From the NCBI GenBank assembly GCA_027484265.1, contig JAIXTH010000233.1, positions 1 to 44,632 of the forward strand: 44,632 nucleotides of DNA, given 5' to 3'. The notes under the pieces were generated by a model. The model was not told the DNA's origin. It saw nothing but the letters and a program-made list of their open reading frames with translations, and did no database searches. Both the position numbers and the translations under genes were made by a program. This document shows positions 35,300 through 44,135 of this stretch, piece after piece (the first letter of the stretch is position 1; each line of letters starts with the position of its first letter). This DNA comes from Alphaproteobacteria bacterium. Lineage in GTDB: Bacteria; Pseudomonadota; Alphaproteobacteria; Caulobacterales; Aquidulcibacteraceae.

Positions 35300-36082
35300 A
35301 TGGAACTGAATGCATCCGTTTCCGCCATCGTCACCGGCGGGGCCTCCGGCCTCGGCGAGGCTACCGTTCGCGCCCTGGTGGCGCAGGGCGTGAAGGTGGC
35401 GATCTTCGACATGAACGTCGCCAAGGGCACAGCGCTTGAAGCCGAACTGGGCGTGACCTTCTGCGAAGTGAACGTCACCAGCGAGGACAGCGTCAATGCC
35501 GGCTTCGCCAAGGCCCGCGCCGCCAATGGCCAGGAGCGCATCCTGGTGAACTGCGCCGGCACCGGCAATGCCATCAAGACCGCCAGCCGCGACAAGACCA
35601 CCGGCGAGCCCAAGCACTTCCCGCTCGATGCCTTCAACATGATCATCCAGATCAACCTCGTGGGCACCTTCCGCTGCATCGCCAAGTCGGCGGCCGGCAT
35701 GCTGACCCTCGATCCCCTCACCGATGGCGAGCGCGGCGTGATCATCAACACCGCCTCGGTCGCTGCCGAAGACGGCCAGATCGGCCAGGCGGCCTATTCG
35801 GCGTCCAAGGGCGGCGTGGTCGGCATGACCCTGCCGATCGCCCGCGACCTGATGGGCGACGGCATCCGGGTGAACACCATCCTGCCGGGGATCTTCAACA
35901 CCCCGCTGATGAATGCCGCCCCGCCGCAGGTGAAGGACGCGCTCGCCGCCTCGGTCCCGTTCCCCAAGCGCCTTGGCCTGCCCGAAGAATATGCCCAGCT
36001 GGCCATGACCATGATCACCTGCGGCTATTTCAATGGCGAGGACGTGCGCCTCGACGGCGCCATCCGGATGGCGCCGCGCTGA
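35300..36082 (+). CDS. SDR family oxidoreductase (3-hydroxyacyl-CoA dehydrogenase type-2-like)
   Basis: 260 aa. VTGGASGLGEAT, NCAG, AAYSASKGGVVGMTLPIARDL and RLDGAIRM resemble HSD17B10-type SDRs. Confidence 0.88.
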   Translation: MELNASVSAIVTGGASGLGEATVRALVAQGVKVAIFDMNVAKGTALEAELGVTFCEVNVTSEDSVNAGFAKARAANGQERILVNCAGTGNAIKTASRDKTTGEPKHFPLDAFNMIIQINLVGTFRCIAKSAAGMLTLDPLTDGERGVIINTASVAAEDGQIGQAAYSASKGGVVGMTLPIARDLMGDGIRVNTILPGIFNTPLMNAAPPQVKDALAASVPFPKRLGLPEEYAQLAMTMITCGYFNGEDVRLDGAIRMAPR

Positions 36083-36229
36083 CGGGCCTGTGGCAGCAGC
36101 GGCAGCGGGGTCGGTCGCCACCGCTGCGTCAATCTGACCGGGCCGGGCGGGTGGCGCAGCCATCCGCCCGTCCCCACCTTCCTGTCATGGGCCGGATCGA
36201 GGCATCCGGGCCCGGAACGGGAGGAAGTC

Positions 36230-37042
36230 ATGTCTACGATCCTGGTTCATGTGCGGGGCGACAAGGCGTTTGAAGACCGCCGGTCGGTTGCCCTCACTCT
36301 GGCTCGGCGGATGGGTGCCCATCTGACCATGGCCCAGACCACCGATGTGGTGGTGGTCTATTCCTCGGCCGAATTCGTGGGCGCCTTCAGCAGCGGCCCC
36401 TTCATCGATGCGATCCGGGCCGAAGCCGCCGATGTGCGCGCGCGGGTCGAAGCGCAGATGGCAGTCGAGGACGTCCCGTTCGACTTTGTCACCGCCCAGG
36501 GCGACGAGGCGGCCCAACTGGTGGCGCTGGCGCGCCTTGCCGATCTCACCGTGATCAGTGCGCCGGAGGGCGGTGATGGCCTGCTGGGCACCGACCCGGT
36601 GTTCGGTGCCCTGTCGGTGGACGCCCACGCGCCGTTCCTGATGGTGCCGCGCGGCTGTGGTTCGATCGACCTGTCGGCTCCGGTGGTGATCGGCTGGAAC
36701 GGCAGTGCCGAGGCGGCTGCCGCGCTGCGCGCTGCCGTGCCGATCCTGAAACACACCGGGCCGGTGCATCTGGTCAGCATCGATGACGGCGTAGCCGGCG
36801 CGCTGGAGGGGGCGGAAGCTGCCCGGTTCCTCGCCCGCCACGAAATCGACGCCACACTGGTACCGCTGGCGGGTTCGGCCCGCGAGGCCGGGGCTGCCTT
36901 GCTGGACTATGCCAGTGGGGTCTCCGCAGGGCTGCTGGTGGCCGGCATCTATGGCCACTGGCGGATGCTGGAGCGGATCGTGGGCGGCGCCAGCCGGACG
37001 CTGGTGGAGAAGGCCCGCATTCCGGTGCTGTTCGGTCGCTAG
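36230..37042 (+). CDS. Universal stress protein (tandem Usp domains)
   Basis: 270 aa with GGGAGGAAG upstream of the ATG. It has two Usp-like halves. The second ends with the typical G..G......GS....L.....PVL motif (GIYGHWRMLERIVGGASRTLVEKARIPVLF). Confidence 0.8.
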   Translation: MSTILVHVRGDKAFEDRRSVALTLARRMGAHLTMAQTTDVVVVYSSAEFVGAFSSGPFIDAIRAEAADVRARVEAQMAVEDVPFDFVTAQGDEAAQLVALARLADLTVISAPEGGDGLLGTDPVFGALSVDAHAPFLMVPRGCGSIDLSAPVVIGWNGSAEAAAALRAAVPILKHTGPVHLVSIDDGVAGALEGAEAARFLARHEIDATLVPLAGSAREAGAALLDYASGVSAGLLVAGIYGHWRMLERIVGGASRTLVEKARIPVLFGR

Positions 37043-37061
37043 CAACGGCCCTGGCCACACT

Positions 37062-37091
37062 GCCCGGCAGGCTGCCAAAGGCCTGCCGGGC
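37062..37091 (+). terminator. Candidate terminator hairpin after the usp gene
   Basis: GCCCGGCAGGC-tgccaaag-GCCTGCCGGGC forms an 11-bp stem 20 nt after the stop. The U-tract is weak. Confidence 0.4.
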
Positions 37092-37210
37092 CATCTGTTC
37101 GCTGCACGTGCCGCGCCTTTGCCATAGTCACGCCCAAGTCACGTCCGTTTCTGGCGTAATGCGGTGGGATAGAGCGTGTGTCAGCCCACGACACACCGCG
37201 AGGCCATCCC

Positions 37211-37624
37211 ATGTCGATCACCGCTTTCCCCCGCACCAGCCGCCGCCCCGCCCTGCAGGCCCGTTCCGCCGAGAACCGCCGCGCCCCGGTGGCGCCGCCT
37301 TCGGGCGCGCTGATCAATGCGATCCTGTCCTATGCCGACGTCGAGGAAGAGGCCGGTGCCAGCCACGTGATCCTGAAGATCAGCGCCCGCCGCGCCAAGG
37401 ACAAGGTGATCCGCGACCTCTTGGGCCGCGAGGCCGCGCGCCTCGCCGATGTGTCGATCATCTGGAACGAGGACGAGGCCCAGATCTACCGGGTGCTCGA
37501 TGCCGCCACCCCGCTGTGGGCCGATGATGCCGATGCCGCCGAGCCGCAGTTCGAGCTGACCGAGGAAGCGCTCGCCTATATCGCCGCCACCACCGGCGAC
37601 ACCGGCCTGGCCCGGGCTGGCTGA
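37211..37624 (+). CDS. Hypothetical protein (137 aa, basic N-terminus, acidic C-terminus)
   Basis: The ORF from the ATG at 37211 begins MSITAFPRTSRRPALQ.... Codon usage is like that of the neighbours. I recognise no family. Confidence 0.5.
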   Translation: MSITAFPRTSRRPALQARSAENRRAPVAPPSGALINAILSYADVEEEAGASHVILKISARRAKDKVIRDLLGREAARLADVSIIWNEDEAQIYRVLDAATPLWADDADAAEPQFELTEEALAYIAATTGDTGLARAG

Positions 37625-37633
37625 AGCAAGGGG

Positions 37634-37837
37634 CTAGTAGCCGTCATCGCGGCGGGACCGGTGGGTCTCGCCGCCCAGCTCGGCCCGTTCCTCGAAATCC
37701 TCGTCCACTTCCAGCGCCGGCACCGCATAGGCCCCGGACAGCCATCGGTGCAGGTCCACATCGGCGCAGCGCTTGGAACAGAACGGGCGGTACTGGGCCA
37801 CCACCGGCGCGCCGCAGATCGGGCAGCTTCCACTCAT
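37634..37837 (-). CDS. yacG: DNA gyrase inhibitor YacG (zinc finger)
   Basis: 67 aa. MSGSCPICGAPV...PFCSKRCADVDLHRWL is the YacG zinc-finger signature. Its ATG overlaps the upstream stop (ATGA). Confidence 0.85.
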   Translation of the reverse strand: MSGSCPICGAPVVAQYRPFCSKRCADVDLHRWLSGAYAVPALEVDEDFEERAELGGETHRSRRDDGY

Positions 37838-38952
37838 CGCTCGAACACCTCGCAGGCGCGCGCGCCTGCTGGCGCGGCCTCCAGCACATGGGTGCCGCCC
37901 ACGCTTTCGGCAATCTCGGCCCGCCAGCCGATGCTGTCGGCCTCCAGCCAGGCCAGCGCCAGCGCCGGGGCAGCCAGCACCACGGTGCGTCCGCGCGCCC
38001 GCCCCAGCGCCTGCTGCAGCTTCCACAGCCCATCGAGCGCCACGGTTTCGGCACTCGGCAGTCCGTCCGGGCCGACCAGGCGGGACCGCAGCGGCGGGCG
38101 CCGCTTCTGGCGGGCGATCTCGGCGATCCCGAAGCGCGACACCGGCAGCACCTCGGTCTTGGGCGCCGCCACCCCGCCATTGGCCTCGGCATCGAAGGCC
38201 GCCACCAGCGCTTTGGTCAGGGCCTCGGCGTCGCCCCTGCGGCGCGGGCCGGTGAAGTCGACACAGACCAGCCCGCCGATCGAGCGCAGCCGCAGCTGGC
38301 GCACGATCTCGGGCACGGCCGCCAGATTGAGATCGCGCGCAAACCGCGCCGGGTCGCGGCCGCCGCTCTGGCGGCCGGCTGCGTCCACATCGATGGCGGT
38401 GAGGGCGCGGGTGGTCTCGACGGTCAGACGTCCGCCACCGGGGATCGGTGCCTCGACTGACAGCACCGCCTCGAACGCGGCATCGAGCAGCTCGATCTCC
38501 TCGCCCTCGGCCTCGCGCGGCTCGCCGGGCCAGCCATGCCAGGGGGGCACGTCCTCCAGCAGGGACGGGCACGGCGCCCCGGCGGGCGCTTCGCCTTCCA
38601 GCACCACCGTGGCGCCCTTCTGGGCATCAGCGGCGCTGTCGGGTTCGGCCTCGCGCACGACGCGGACGGCCACCGCCTGGCCGACCCGCAACAGCTCGGG
38701 CTTCTCCCGCCCCCAGGGGCAGAAGGCGGGCTGTGCAGCGCCAATCTCGATGAAGGCACCGGCCAGCCGGTGTTCCACATGGCTCACCCGCCCCGCCAGC
38801 ACCTGGCCCCAGCGCGCCCGGCTGTCATGGTCGCTCCAGCGTTCCAGCCGCAGGTCCACCACCCGGCCCCGGTCCAGCAGCGCCGCGCGCAGCTCGCCGA
38901 TGCGCTCGTGGATCAGGATCTCGCGGGTGGATGCGCGCGGCGGGGCAGTCAT
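37834..38952 (-). CDS. Rne/Rng family ribonuclease (compact RNase E/G-like, 372 aa)
   Basis: It has an S1-like N-terminus (GQVLAGRVSHVEHRLAGAFIEIG). The catalytic-core motifs TRALTAIDVD and GGLVCVDFTG match ALT.IDVN and GGII.IDFID of RNase E/G. FGIAEIARQKRR is also present. Confidence 0.85.
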   Translation of the reverse strand: MTAPPRASTREILIHERIGELRAALLDRGRVVDLRLERWSDHDSRARWGQVLAGRVSHVEHRLAGAFIEIGAAQPAFCPWGREKPELLRVGQAVAVRVVREAEPDSAADAQKGATVVLEGEAPAGAPCPSLLEDVPPWHGWPGEPREAEGEEIELLDAAFEAVLSVEAPIPGGGRLTVETTRALTAIDVDAAGRQSGGRDPARFARDLNLAAVPEIVRQLRLRSIGGLVCVDFTGPRRRGDAEALTKALVAAFDAEANGGVAAPKTEVLPVSRFGIAEIARQKRRPPLRSRLVGPDGLPSAETVALDGLWKLQQALGRARGRTVVLAAPALALAWLEADSIGWRAEIAESVGGTHVLEAAPAGARACEVFER

Positions 38953-39509
38953 CAGGTCCGGCTCCCGGCCAGCAGGCAGGAGGTCTCATACAGCGGCAGG
39001 CCCATCACCGCTTCCCAGCTGCCGGTGAGGCGGATGCAGAAGGCGCCGGCGCGGCCCTGGATGCCATAGCCGCCCGCCTTGCCCTGCCATTCGCCACTGT
39101 CGAGATAGGCCTGGATCTCGCGGGCAGACAGGTGCTTGAACGTCAGGCGGGTCTCGACCACCCGGCTGCGGACCTGGCCTGGCGAGGCCACGGCGACCGC
39201 TGTGGTCACACGGTGGTTGCGGCCCGACAGCAGGGCGAGGCACGCCCGCGCCTCATCAGCAGTTTCGGCCTTGGGCAGGATGCGGCGGCCCACGGACACC
39301 ACCGTGTCCGATCCCAGCACAACAGCATCCGGGTGATCGCGCGCGACGGCGGTTGCCTTGGCCTGGGCGAGGCGCAGCGCGAGGGCGCGCGGGGTTTCCT
39401 TGGGCAGCGGGTCTTCCGGCAGGTCAGCCGGAACCACGCGGTCGGGCACCACCCCGATCCGGGCCAGCAGCTCGAGCCTGCGGGGAGAGGCGCTGGCGAG
39501 GATCAGCAT
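38952..39509 (-). CDS. maf: Maf family nucleotide pyrophosphatase
   Basis: 185 aa. MLILASASPRRLELL..., LGSDTVV and KAGGYGIQG are Maf signatures. Confidence 0.92.
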   Translation of the reverse strand: MLILASASPRRLELLARIGVVPDRVVPADLPEDPLPKETPRALALRLAQAKATAVARDHPDAVVLGSDTVVSVGRRILPKAETADEARACLALLSGRNHRVTTAVAVASPGQVRSRVVETRLTFKHLSAREIQAYLDSGEWQGKAGGYGIQGRAGAFCIRLTGSWEAVMGLPLYETSCLLAGSRT

Positions 39510-39559
39510 GGTAAGGTGCCGCCATGGACGGCGCGCAGCGGCCAGCGGCCGCCCGCAGC

Positions 39560-39778
39560 CTATTTGAAGCGATAGGTGACCCGACCCTTGGTCAGATCAT
39601 AGGGGGTCATCTCGACCAGCACCTTGTCACCAGCCAGAACCCGGATCCGGTTCTTGCGCATCTTGCCGGCCGTATGGCCGATGATCTCGTGGTCATTTTC
39701 GAGCCGGATGCGAAATGTCGCATTCGGCAGGAGCTCGATCACGGTCCCCTGAAACTCGAGCAGCTCTTCCTTCGCCAT
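39560..39778 (-). CDS. infA: Translation initiation factor IF-1
   Basis: 72 aa. [72 protein letters not shown] matches the canonical IF-1 sequence. Confidence 0.97.
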   Translation of the reverse strand: MAKEELLEFQGTVIELLPNATFRIRLENDHEIIGHTAGKMRKNRIRVLAGDKVLVEMTPYDLTKGRVTYRFK

Positions 39779-39898
39779 GCAGTCCTCGTCGCGCGTGCCT
39801 TTGGGCCAGGTTCGACCGCGCGGGCGCGCCTATAGTGTGATTTTGCGCGTTGGCCTAGCCATTACGGACAGGTGCGGCCCGCGACAGGTGAAGCGAGC

Positions 39899-39975
39899 TG
39901 GTCGGAGCGAGAGGATTCGAACCTCCGACCCCTGCCTCCCGAAAGCAGTGCTCTACCAAGCTGAGCTACGCTCCG
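39899..39975 (-). tRNA. tRNA-Pro (anticodon CGG)
   Basis: The minus strand folds as a cloverleaf: CGGAGCG-TA-GCTC-AGCTTGGTA-GAGC-A-CTGCT-TTCGGGA-GGCAG-GGGTC-GGAGG-TTCGAAT-CCTCT-CGCTCCG-A-CCA. It is 77 nt with an encoded CCA, and the anticodon loop has CGG at positions 34-36. Confidence 0.93.
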
Positions 39976-40114
39976 ACCGTGCGCGGGAGAGCGGCGCCTA
40001 TAGTCTGCGGGCAGGGCCGTGGCAACGGGGGCTTGGCAGCGCTGCCGCCTGCCATGGACACTGGAAGGGGCTTTCACTATCCACCGGCTATCGACAGGCA
40101 GGGGTGCAAGGGTG

Positions 40115-41089
40115 ATGGCGACCGATCTCGTCACGGTTTTCGGTGGGTCCGGGTTCGTGGGCCGCTATGTGGTGCGGGCGCTGGCGCGGGCCGGCAAGCG
40201 GGTGCGTGTGGCCATGCGCCGTCCGCATCTGGGGCATGAGCTGCGGGTGATGGGCGATGTGGGCCAGATCCAGCTGGTGCAGGCCAATGTGCGCGATGCT
40301 GACAGTGTGGCGCGCGCCCTCGAGGGCGCCGACGCCTGCGTGAACCTGGTGGCGATCCTGTTCGAGAAGGGCCGCCAGACCTTTTCCGACGTGGTAGCCG
40401 AGGGAGGGGCCCATGTGGCGCAGGCAGCTGCGGCTGCCGGGATCGAGCGGCTGGTGCATGTCTCGGCGATCGGCGCCGATCCGGGCTCGGCCTCGAACTA
40501 CGGGCTCAGCAAGGGCAAGGCAGAGGCGGCCGTGCTGGCAGCCGTGCCCACCGCCACCATCCTGCGTCCCTCGGTGATCTTCGGGCCGGAGGACAATTTC
40601 CTGAACCAGTTCGCGCAGATGGCGCGCATGAGCCCGGCCCTGCCGCTGATCGGCGGCGGGCAGACCCGGTTCCAGCCGGTGCATGTGGTGGATGTGGCGG
40701 CTGCCGTGACCGCGGCACTGGACCTGCCGGCAGCGCGCGGCGCCACCTACGAGCTCGGCGGCCCGGACGTGATGACGTTCGAGGAAATCCTGCGCTTCAT
40801 TCTCGGCGAGATCGAGCGGCCGCGCTTCCTGGTGCCGCTGCCCTTTGGTGTGGCCCAGCCGATGGGTGTGATGATGGATGCGGTGTTCCGCCTCAACCCG
40901 TTCGGCGGCCCGCCGCTGACTGGTGACCAGGTCGAGATGCTGAAGACCGACAATGTGGTGGCGCCCGGCGCCCTGACCCTGGCCGACCTGGGGATCACCG
41001 CGCCCTCCAGCATGGCCGGGATCGCTCCGAGCTATCTGTATCGCTACAAGCCCTACGGCCAGTTCCAGGTGCGGCGCCGCCCGGCCTGA
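40115..41089 (+). CDS. Complex I NDUFA9 subunit family protein (NAD(P)-binding, atypical SDR)
   Basis: From the ATG at 40115: MATDLVTVFGGSGFVGRYVVRAL (Rossmann GxxGxxG), ...LRPSVIFGPED.F.N.FA.... Length and motifs are those of alphaproteobacterial NDUFA9-like proteins. Confidence 0.85.
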   Translation: MATDLVTVFGGSGFVGRYVVRALARAGKRVRVAMRRPHLGHELRVMGDVGQIQLVQANVRDADSVARALEGADACVNLVAILFEKGRQTFSDVVAEGGAHVAQAAAAAGIERLVHVSAIGADPGSASNYGLSKGKAEAAVLAAVPTATILRPSVIFGPEDNFLNQFAQMARMSPALPLIGGGQTRFQPVHVVDVAAAVTAALDLPAARGATYELGGPDVMTFEEILRFILGEIERPRFLVPLPFGVAQPMGVMMDAVFRLNPFGGPPLTGDQVEMLKTDNVVAPGALTLADLGITAPSSMAGIAPSYLYRYKPYGQFQVRRRPA

Positions 41090-41109
41090 CGCATGGGCGG
41101 CTGAAGGGC

Positions 41110-41691
41110 CTACATCGCCTCGCCGAGGGCCCGCACCGGCTCGTGGCGGGGGCAGCCGGTTTCGTGGTCGTTCACCAGGCCCGCCGCCTGCATGAAGGCA
41201 TAGGCGATCACCGGCCCGAAGAACCGGATGCCGCGCTGGCGCAGCAGCGCGCTCAGCATGCGCGACTGTTCGGTCTCCACCGGGGCATCCCGGAAGCTGG
41301 CCCAGCTGTTCTGGACCGGGCGGCCATCCACCACGTCCCAAACGAGGCCGGCAAAGCCCGGACCCGCCGCCTCCAGCTCGAGGAACACCCGCGCCGAGCG
41401 GATCGTGGCCTCGATCTTGGCGCGCGAGCGCACGATGCCGGCATCCCCCAGCAGGCGCTGGATATCGGCCTCGCCAAAGGCGGCTACCTGCACCGGATCG
41501 AACCCGGCAAAGGCCGCCCGGAAGGTCGCGCGCTTGCGCAGGATGGTGATCCAGGCCAGCCCGGCCTGAAACCCCTCCAGCACCGACAGCTCCCACAGGG
41601 CGCGGCTGTCGGTCAGGGGCACGCCCCACTCGTGGTCATGATAGGCCTCATAGTCGGCATCGCCAGCCGTCACCCAGCCACATAGCGCCAT
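41110..41691 (-). CDS. tag: DNA-3-methyladenine glycosylase I
   Basis: From the ATG at 41689-41691: MALCGWVTAGDADYEAYHDHEWGVP..., EGFQAGLAWITILRKR, FFGPVIAYAFMQAAGLVNDH. These are canonical Tag motifs. The track start at 41829 is an extension. Confidence 0.92.
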   Translation of the reverse strand: MALCGWVTAGDADYEAYHDHEWGVPLTDSRALWELSVLEGFQAGLAWITILRKRATFRAAFAGFDPVQVAAFGEADIQRLLGDAGIVRSRAKIEATIRSARVFLELEAAGPGFAGLVWDVVDGRPVQNSWASFRDAPVETEQSRMLSALLRQRGIRFFGPVIAYAFMQAAGLVNDHETGCPRHEPVRALGEAM

Positions 41692-41841
41692 GGGAAATCC
41701 TTCACACCAGAGAACAGGATGCCGGCCCCTGACGGCCAGCGCTTCAGGGCGATGGGGGCGCGCCAGCAGGCCAGGGTCCGGCATCCATGAACCCACCCTG
41801 CCACCAGCTTCCACTGGCGTCAAGAACAAAAGAGGAACACA

Positions 41842-42153
41842 TCAGCCGCGGCGGCTGATCCACCACTGCTCCAGCCCCGGAAACAGCCGGAACAGTCCGA
41901 TCAGCAGCAGGAGCACCCCACCCCACAGCAGTGCATACCGCACCGCTTCGCCGACCGACTGCGGTGCATCGCCGCCGTGTTCGCGGCTGACGAACAGCGA
42001 TCTTGCACCAATCGAGGCCGCCAGCAGTGCCGTCCCGAAAGCCAGCAGGGTGCCGGTGGTTCCCACTGCTGCCAGCCGCTCCGGCATCAGGATCGTCAGC
42101 AGGGCAAACACAGCCAGGATGATGGCTGTCACGGTCAGCAGCGGGCGCCCCAT
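41842..42153 (-). CDS. Small membrane protein (103 aa, about 3 TM helices), hypothetical
   Basis: Hydrophobic ORF (MGRPLLTVTAIILAVFALLTILMP...). Its ATG overlaps the stop of the upstream DUF1289 gene (TGATG). Confidence 0.55.
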   Translation of the reverse strand: MGRPLLTVTAIILAVFALLTILMPERLAAVGTTGTLLAFGTALLAASIGARSLFVSREHGGDAPQSVGEAVRYALLWGGVLLLLIGLFRLFPGLEQWWISRRG

Positions 42154-42353
42154 CAGGCAGGTCCCTTGGTGAACGGCGCCGGCAGGCGGCTGCCCCGCGC
42201 GGGCAGCTCGGACATGATGGCCGCCCGTGCGGCCTCGTCAAGCCGTCCCCAGCTGGCAATCTCGGGCAGGGTGCGGTGACAGCCCAGGCACAGGCCCGTG
42301 GTCGGCTCGACGCAGCACACCTTGATGCAGGGACTGGCGATGGCAGAGGTCAT
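42153..42353 (-). CDS. DUF1289 domain-containing protein (Cys-rich, putative Fe-S/metal binding)
   Basis: 66 aa from the ATG at 42351-42353. MTSAIASPCIKVCCVEPTTGLCLGCHRTLPEIASWGRL is the DUF1289 signature (SPC..VC....G.C.GC.RT..EI..W). Confidence 0.8.
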   Translation of the reverse strand: MTSAIASPCIKVCCVEPTTGLCLGCHRTLPEIASWGRLDEAARAAIMSELPARGSRLPAPFTKGPA

Positions 42354-42369
42354 CGCGGCGCAGGCTCGC

Positions 42370-43161
42370 TCAGAAGGCCGGCGGCAGCAGCCGCACGATC
42401 GCCACCAGCGCGAACAGCTCGGCCACCACGGCAGCTGCGCCCAGCACGTCGCCGGTCTGGCCTCCCAGATGCTGGCGGGCCAGCCAGGCAATCAGGGCCG
42501 CCCCAAGGCCCGCAGCCACGACGCCGCCGACCACGGCAATCACGCCGTACAGGCCGCCCGCCAGGACCAGCGCCAAACCGGCGACTGCCACGGCAATGGT
42601 CAGGGCGGTGCTGGCTTCCACGCCAGTGGGCTGGCCGGCTTCGGCCGACAGGCCGTCGGAACCAGCTGGCTTCACCAGCGCCATCATCTGCACCAGCGCG
42701 CCGCGCGACAGCGCACCGGTCGCCACCAGCGCCAGCGCCGCCTGCCACGGCAGGGCCAGCTCGGCCACCAGCAGCACCTTGGCCAGCAGCGCCATGCCAA
42801 GGGCTGCCGCACCATAGGTGCCGATCCGGCTGTCACGCATGATCTCGAGGCGCTCTTCCGGGGTGCGGCCGCCGCCCAGCCCGTCGAAGAAATCCGCCAG
42901 CCCGTCCTCGTGGAACGCGCCGGTGGCCAGCAGCTGCGCCATCACGGCGAAGGCCGCACAGATATAGGGGCTGGTGTCGGTCAGAACCGCCATCAGCGCA
43001 TAGACCAGCCCCCCGATCAGCCCCACCGCCAGCCCGGCAACCGGCGCTGCCCGGAAAGCCCGGGTGATCCGTTCACGGGGCAGGTCCTCCGGCCACTTCA
43101 CAGGCAGACGGGTGAAGAAAATCAGGCAGATACGGGCGTCGTCAATCAGGCGCATGGTCAT
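42370..43161 (-). CDS. cobS: Adenosylcobinamide-GDP ribazoletransferase (cobalamin synthase)
   Basis: 263 aa polytopic membrane protein. FFTRLPV..., HEDGLADFFDGLGGG and GGQTGDVLGA are CobS motifs. Confidence 0.92.
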   Translation of the reverse strand: MTMRLIDDARICLIFFTRLPVKWPEDLPRERITRAFRAAPVAGLAVGLIGGLVYALMAVLTDTSPYICAAFAVMAQLLATGAFHEDGLADFFDGLGGGRTPEERLEIMRDSRIGTYGAAALGMALLAKVLLVAELALPWQAALALVATGALSRGALVQMMALVKPAGSDGLSAEAGQPTGVEASTALTIAVAVAGLALVLAGGLYGVIAVVGGVVAAGLGAALIAWLARQHLGGQTGDVLGAAAVVAELFALVAIVRLLPPAF

Positions 43162-43260
43162 GCCGGGCGGGGCCCGGCTCCCTTCAGAGCGCCGGACATA
43201 GGCCCCCCTTGCCGGAGGGGGAAGATGCCGGGATGGTCAAATATCCGTCTGTGCGCAGAA

Positions 43261-43277
43261 GTCACAGGGGCTGTGAC
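43261..43277 (-). terminator. Weak candidate terminator hairpin after the lipoprotein gene
   Basis: GTCACAG-ccc-CTGTGAC (7-bp stem) lies 10 nt downstream of the stop at 43287 and is followed on the minus strand by TTCTG. Confidence 0.3.
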
Positions 43278-43286
43278 GTCTTTGCC

Positions 43287-44135
43287 TCACTGCCCATCCG
43301 GTACCGCAGGGGTTGCGGGGGGTGCGGGCGCCGCTTCGGGCGCCGTGGACGGAGGATCGGCAGGGATCGGCGAAGCCGGCACCGCCTCGCCCGGCAGATG
43401 CAGCCCCAGGCCGATGCCCGCGGCGCGGCGTGCCAGGTCCAGTCGCGGCCCGAACCGGGCGCAGGGGTCGGGAGCACCATCGGCGCGGGTCACCCGGCGG
43501 TCCTGCCCGATCAGCTCGGCAAAGTCCCCGGCGAAGGCACTGGCAAAGCGGTGGGCATCGCCCACCGGCGACAGCGAGCCCCGGTCCATCGCCACCCCCG
43601 CACCGCGCGACCAGCTCATCCCGCCCAGCTCCGCGCCCGTCGCAGCCACAGCCCGCGCCTCGACGCTGAGCCCGCCCTGCCCGACAGGCAGGCGCACCGA
43701 CCCAGGTCCCGGCACGGCGCGGCTGATGGCAGCCGACGCCACGGACGACACCGCCCCGGTCTGCTGGATGCGGGTCACCACCACTTCGACCTGCGCGACG
43801 CCAGGGCCAGGTGCAGGGGCGATCTCGAACCGATCCGACAGCTCGAAACACAGCTGCCTGTCGATCTCGCCGGTCACCAGCGGGAGGGTGGAGGCGGGGA
43901 TATTACGGTCGATCTCGGCCAGATCGGAAATGCGGGTCGGCAGGATCACCACGGCCGTCACGCCGGGCAGCGCGGCGGCATCGGCGCGTTGCAGGATCTG
44001 TGCCCGGACGGTGTCACCGACGGGCAGGAGGGTTGCATAGTCCCCCAGGAAGCCGGTGGTGGTCGGCGGGCGGGTGGCACAGCCAGCCAGCGCAACACTG
44101 GCGGCAGCGGCACAGATACAGAGCATGCGCGTCAT
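43287..44135 (-). CDS. DUF3313-like lipoprotein with a Pro/Ala-rich C-terminal tail
   Basis: From the ATG at 44133-44135: MTRMLCICAAAASVALAGC (lipobox LAGC), followed by TGFLGDYATL as in DUF3313 lipoproteins (from memory). The track start at 44264 is an extension. Confidence 0.65.
   Translation of the reverse strand: MTRMLCICAAAASVALAGCATRPPTTTGFLGDYATLLPVGDTVRAQILQRADAAALPGVTAVVILPTRISDLAEIDRNIPASTLPLVTGEIDRQLCFELSDRFEIAPAPGPGVAQVEVVVTRIQQTGAVSSVASAAISRAVPGPGSVRLPVGQGGLSVEARAVAATGAELGGMSWSRGAGVAMDRGSLSPVGDAHRFASAFAGDFAELIGQDRRVTRADGAPDPCARFGPRLDLARRAAGIGLGLHLPGEAVPASPIPADPPSTAPEAAPAPPATPAVPDGQ

Noticed and set aside
39779-40114. The tRNA-Pro gene considered as an integration hotspot for a genomic island.
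   Set aside because: No integrase, no direct repeat of the tRNA 3' end and no compositional shift on either side. The flanking genes (infA and the NDUFA9-like gene) are core genes.
43162-43286. A possible cobalamin riboswitch upstream of cobS. I also checked upstream of the TonB-dependent receptor (32288..32433).
   Set aside because: The spacers are only about 125-146 nt, and I could not find a B12-box-like GCCACTG core or the conserved GGGAA/GGTG elements. A covariance-model scan would settle this.
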